A stretch of DNA of 25,321 bases from NCBI GenBank assembly GCA_038243585.1, contig JBBSQY010000047.1, forward strand, positions 1-25,321, written 5' to 3'. The DNA is from Candidatus Sumerlaeales bacterium (GTDB lineage: Bacteria > Sumerlaeota > Sumerlaeia > Sumerlaeales > Sumerlaeaceae). Made by a program: the position numbers and the translations under genes. The stretch's first letter is position 1. Every line of letters starts with the position of its first letter. This document shows, piece after piece, positions 24,591-25,321 of this stretch. Below the pieces are notes generated by a model. The model made no database searches. It worked only from the letters and a program-made list of their open reading frames with translations, and had not been told where the DNA came from.

Positions 24591-25321
24591 TCTGGTTTTG
24601 GTGCTTGCGGCGGAGTTATTTTCGAATAGACAGTCCAGCCGACAATGGCCAAATCCGGCGGTGCTCCGACGATACCGACAGCACTGGTATCTATGCCGGT
24701 CTCAAGCACGAGCAGGGTAACGAATCGCAAAAGCCCTGGAGCCCACGCGCTTAGTTCCATGCCGTCATACACGCCATAGTTTTTGCCCAGACTGATAATC
24801 CAGCGATTCAGCGGATCGCGTCCGGCAACAACGCCGATTACAGGCTCATCAAGCAGCCGCTCTTTCCACTCTTTTGGTAGATCGGGCTTTCCTGTGGCGG
24901 GCCGGTCCCAGTCTCCTTCGCGGAGATAGTAGTTTCCCATGCTGCCCCGCGAAACCGGTTCAATGCCTCGATTAATTTCATTGGAAAAGCCGGCAAGGTC
25001 GTTTTGCGGTATCAGGTAGAGCCGCTGGTCCCAGCTTACGGGAACAAGCACCGGAGAGGTGCCGCGCGGCCAGGCCTGACGAGGCTCTTCCGGCTTCAAA
25101 ACGAGGTGGCCATCCTTGAGAGAAACCATTCCCGAAGCCTGATCGAGCACGGCATCGTATCTGCATTTCTTATACAGGAATCGTCCATTTGAAGAAATTT
25201 CAAGGGTGCAATTCACGTCGAACCCGTTGCCATAACTGTATTCGCCGGCCAGGCGCGCGATATCTGAAGCCGCATACTCGGGAGGAATAACCGACGCGGC
25301 CACCGACGCCGCCTGCTGACC
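24587..25321 (-). CDS. Hypothetical protein, 5'-truncated by the window edge
   Basis: The frame stays open from the stop at 24587 past the GTG at 25303 to the edge (GGT CAG CAG GCG GCG TCG). Beta-rich segment GEYSYGNGFDVNCTLEISSNGRF with a Cys pair, and LVPVSWDQRLYLIP. Confidence 0.75.
   Translation of the reverse strand, partial: GQQAASVAASVIPPEYAASDIARLAGEYSYGNGFDVNCTLEISSNGRFLYKKCRYDAVLDQASGMVSLKDGHLVLKPEEPRQAWPRGTSPVLVPVSWDQRLYLIPQNDLAGFSNEINRGIEPVSRGSMGNYYLREGDWDRPATGKPDLPKEWKERLLDEPVIGVVAGRDPLNRWIISLGKNYGVYDGMELSAWAPGLLRFVTLLVLETGIDTSAVGIVGAPPDLAIVGWTVYSKITPPQAPKPD

Overview
Gene-dense bacterial window (GC-rich coding sequence, genetic code 11) with about 20 supportable CDSs, mostly envelope or exported proteins. 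In order: a huge Pro/Thr-rich OmpA-domain protein, a stomatin/SPFH protein, a degenerate 5'-nucleotidase-like domain fused to a tetraheme cytochrome c, an orphan OppB/DppB permease, a small membrane protein, DUF378, a GspG-pseudopilin-like domain with an ordinary signal peptide plus IPT/TIG domain, an exported M16B peptidase pair, a large secreted unknown, an arylamine N-acetyltransferase with a non-canonical Cys-His-Glu triad, a NodI/NodJ-like ABC exporter, TrhO, a psuG interrupted by one in-frame TGA, a clan GH-A glycoside hydrolase, an RDD protein, a non-RD Ser/Thr kinase and two hypotheticals (the last runs off the edge). Non-coding features are several intrinsic terminators and a family of GTAG-headed REP-like palindromes (cluster at 12254-12756, singles at 14871 and 22321). 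No rRNA, tRNA, CRISPR array or intact transposase was seen. The best candidates for undescribed biology are (i) a recurrent [D/E]-x-x-T-[T/S] motif concentrated in linkers and tails of exported proteins (candidate O-glycosylation sequon) and (ii) the non-prepilin GspG-IPT protein with a D-x-W-x-x-Y C-terminus (candidate sorting signal). My unverified impression is a diderm, Ca. Sumerlaeota (BRC1)-like host. All family calls come from motif recognition by eye, not database searches.
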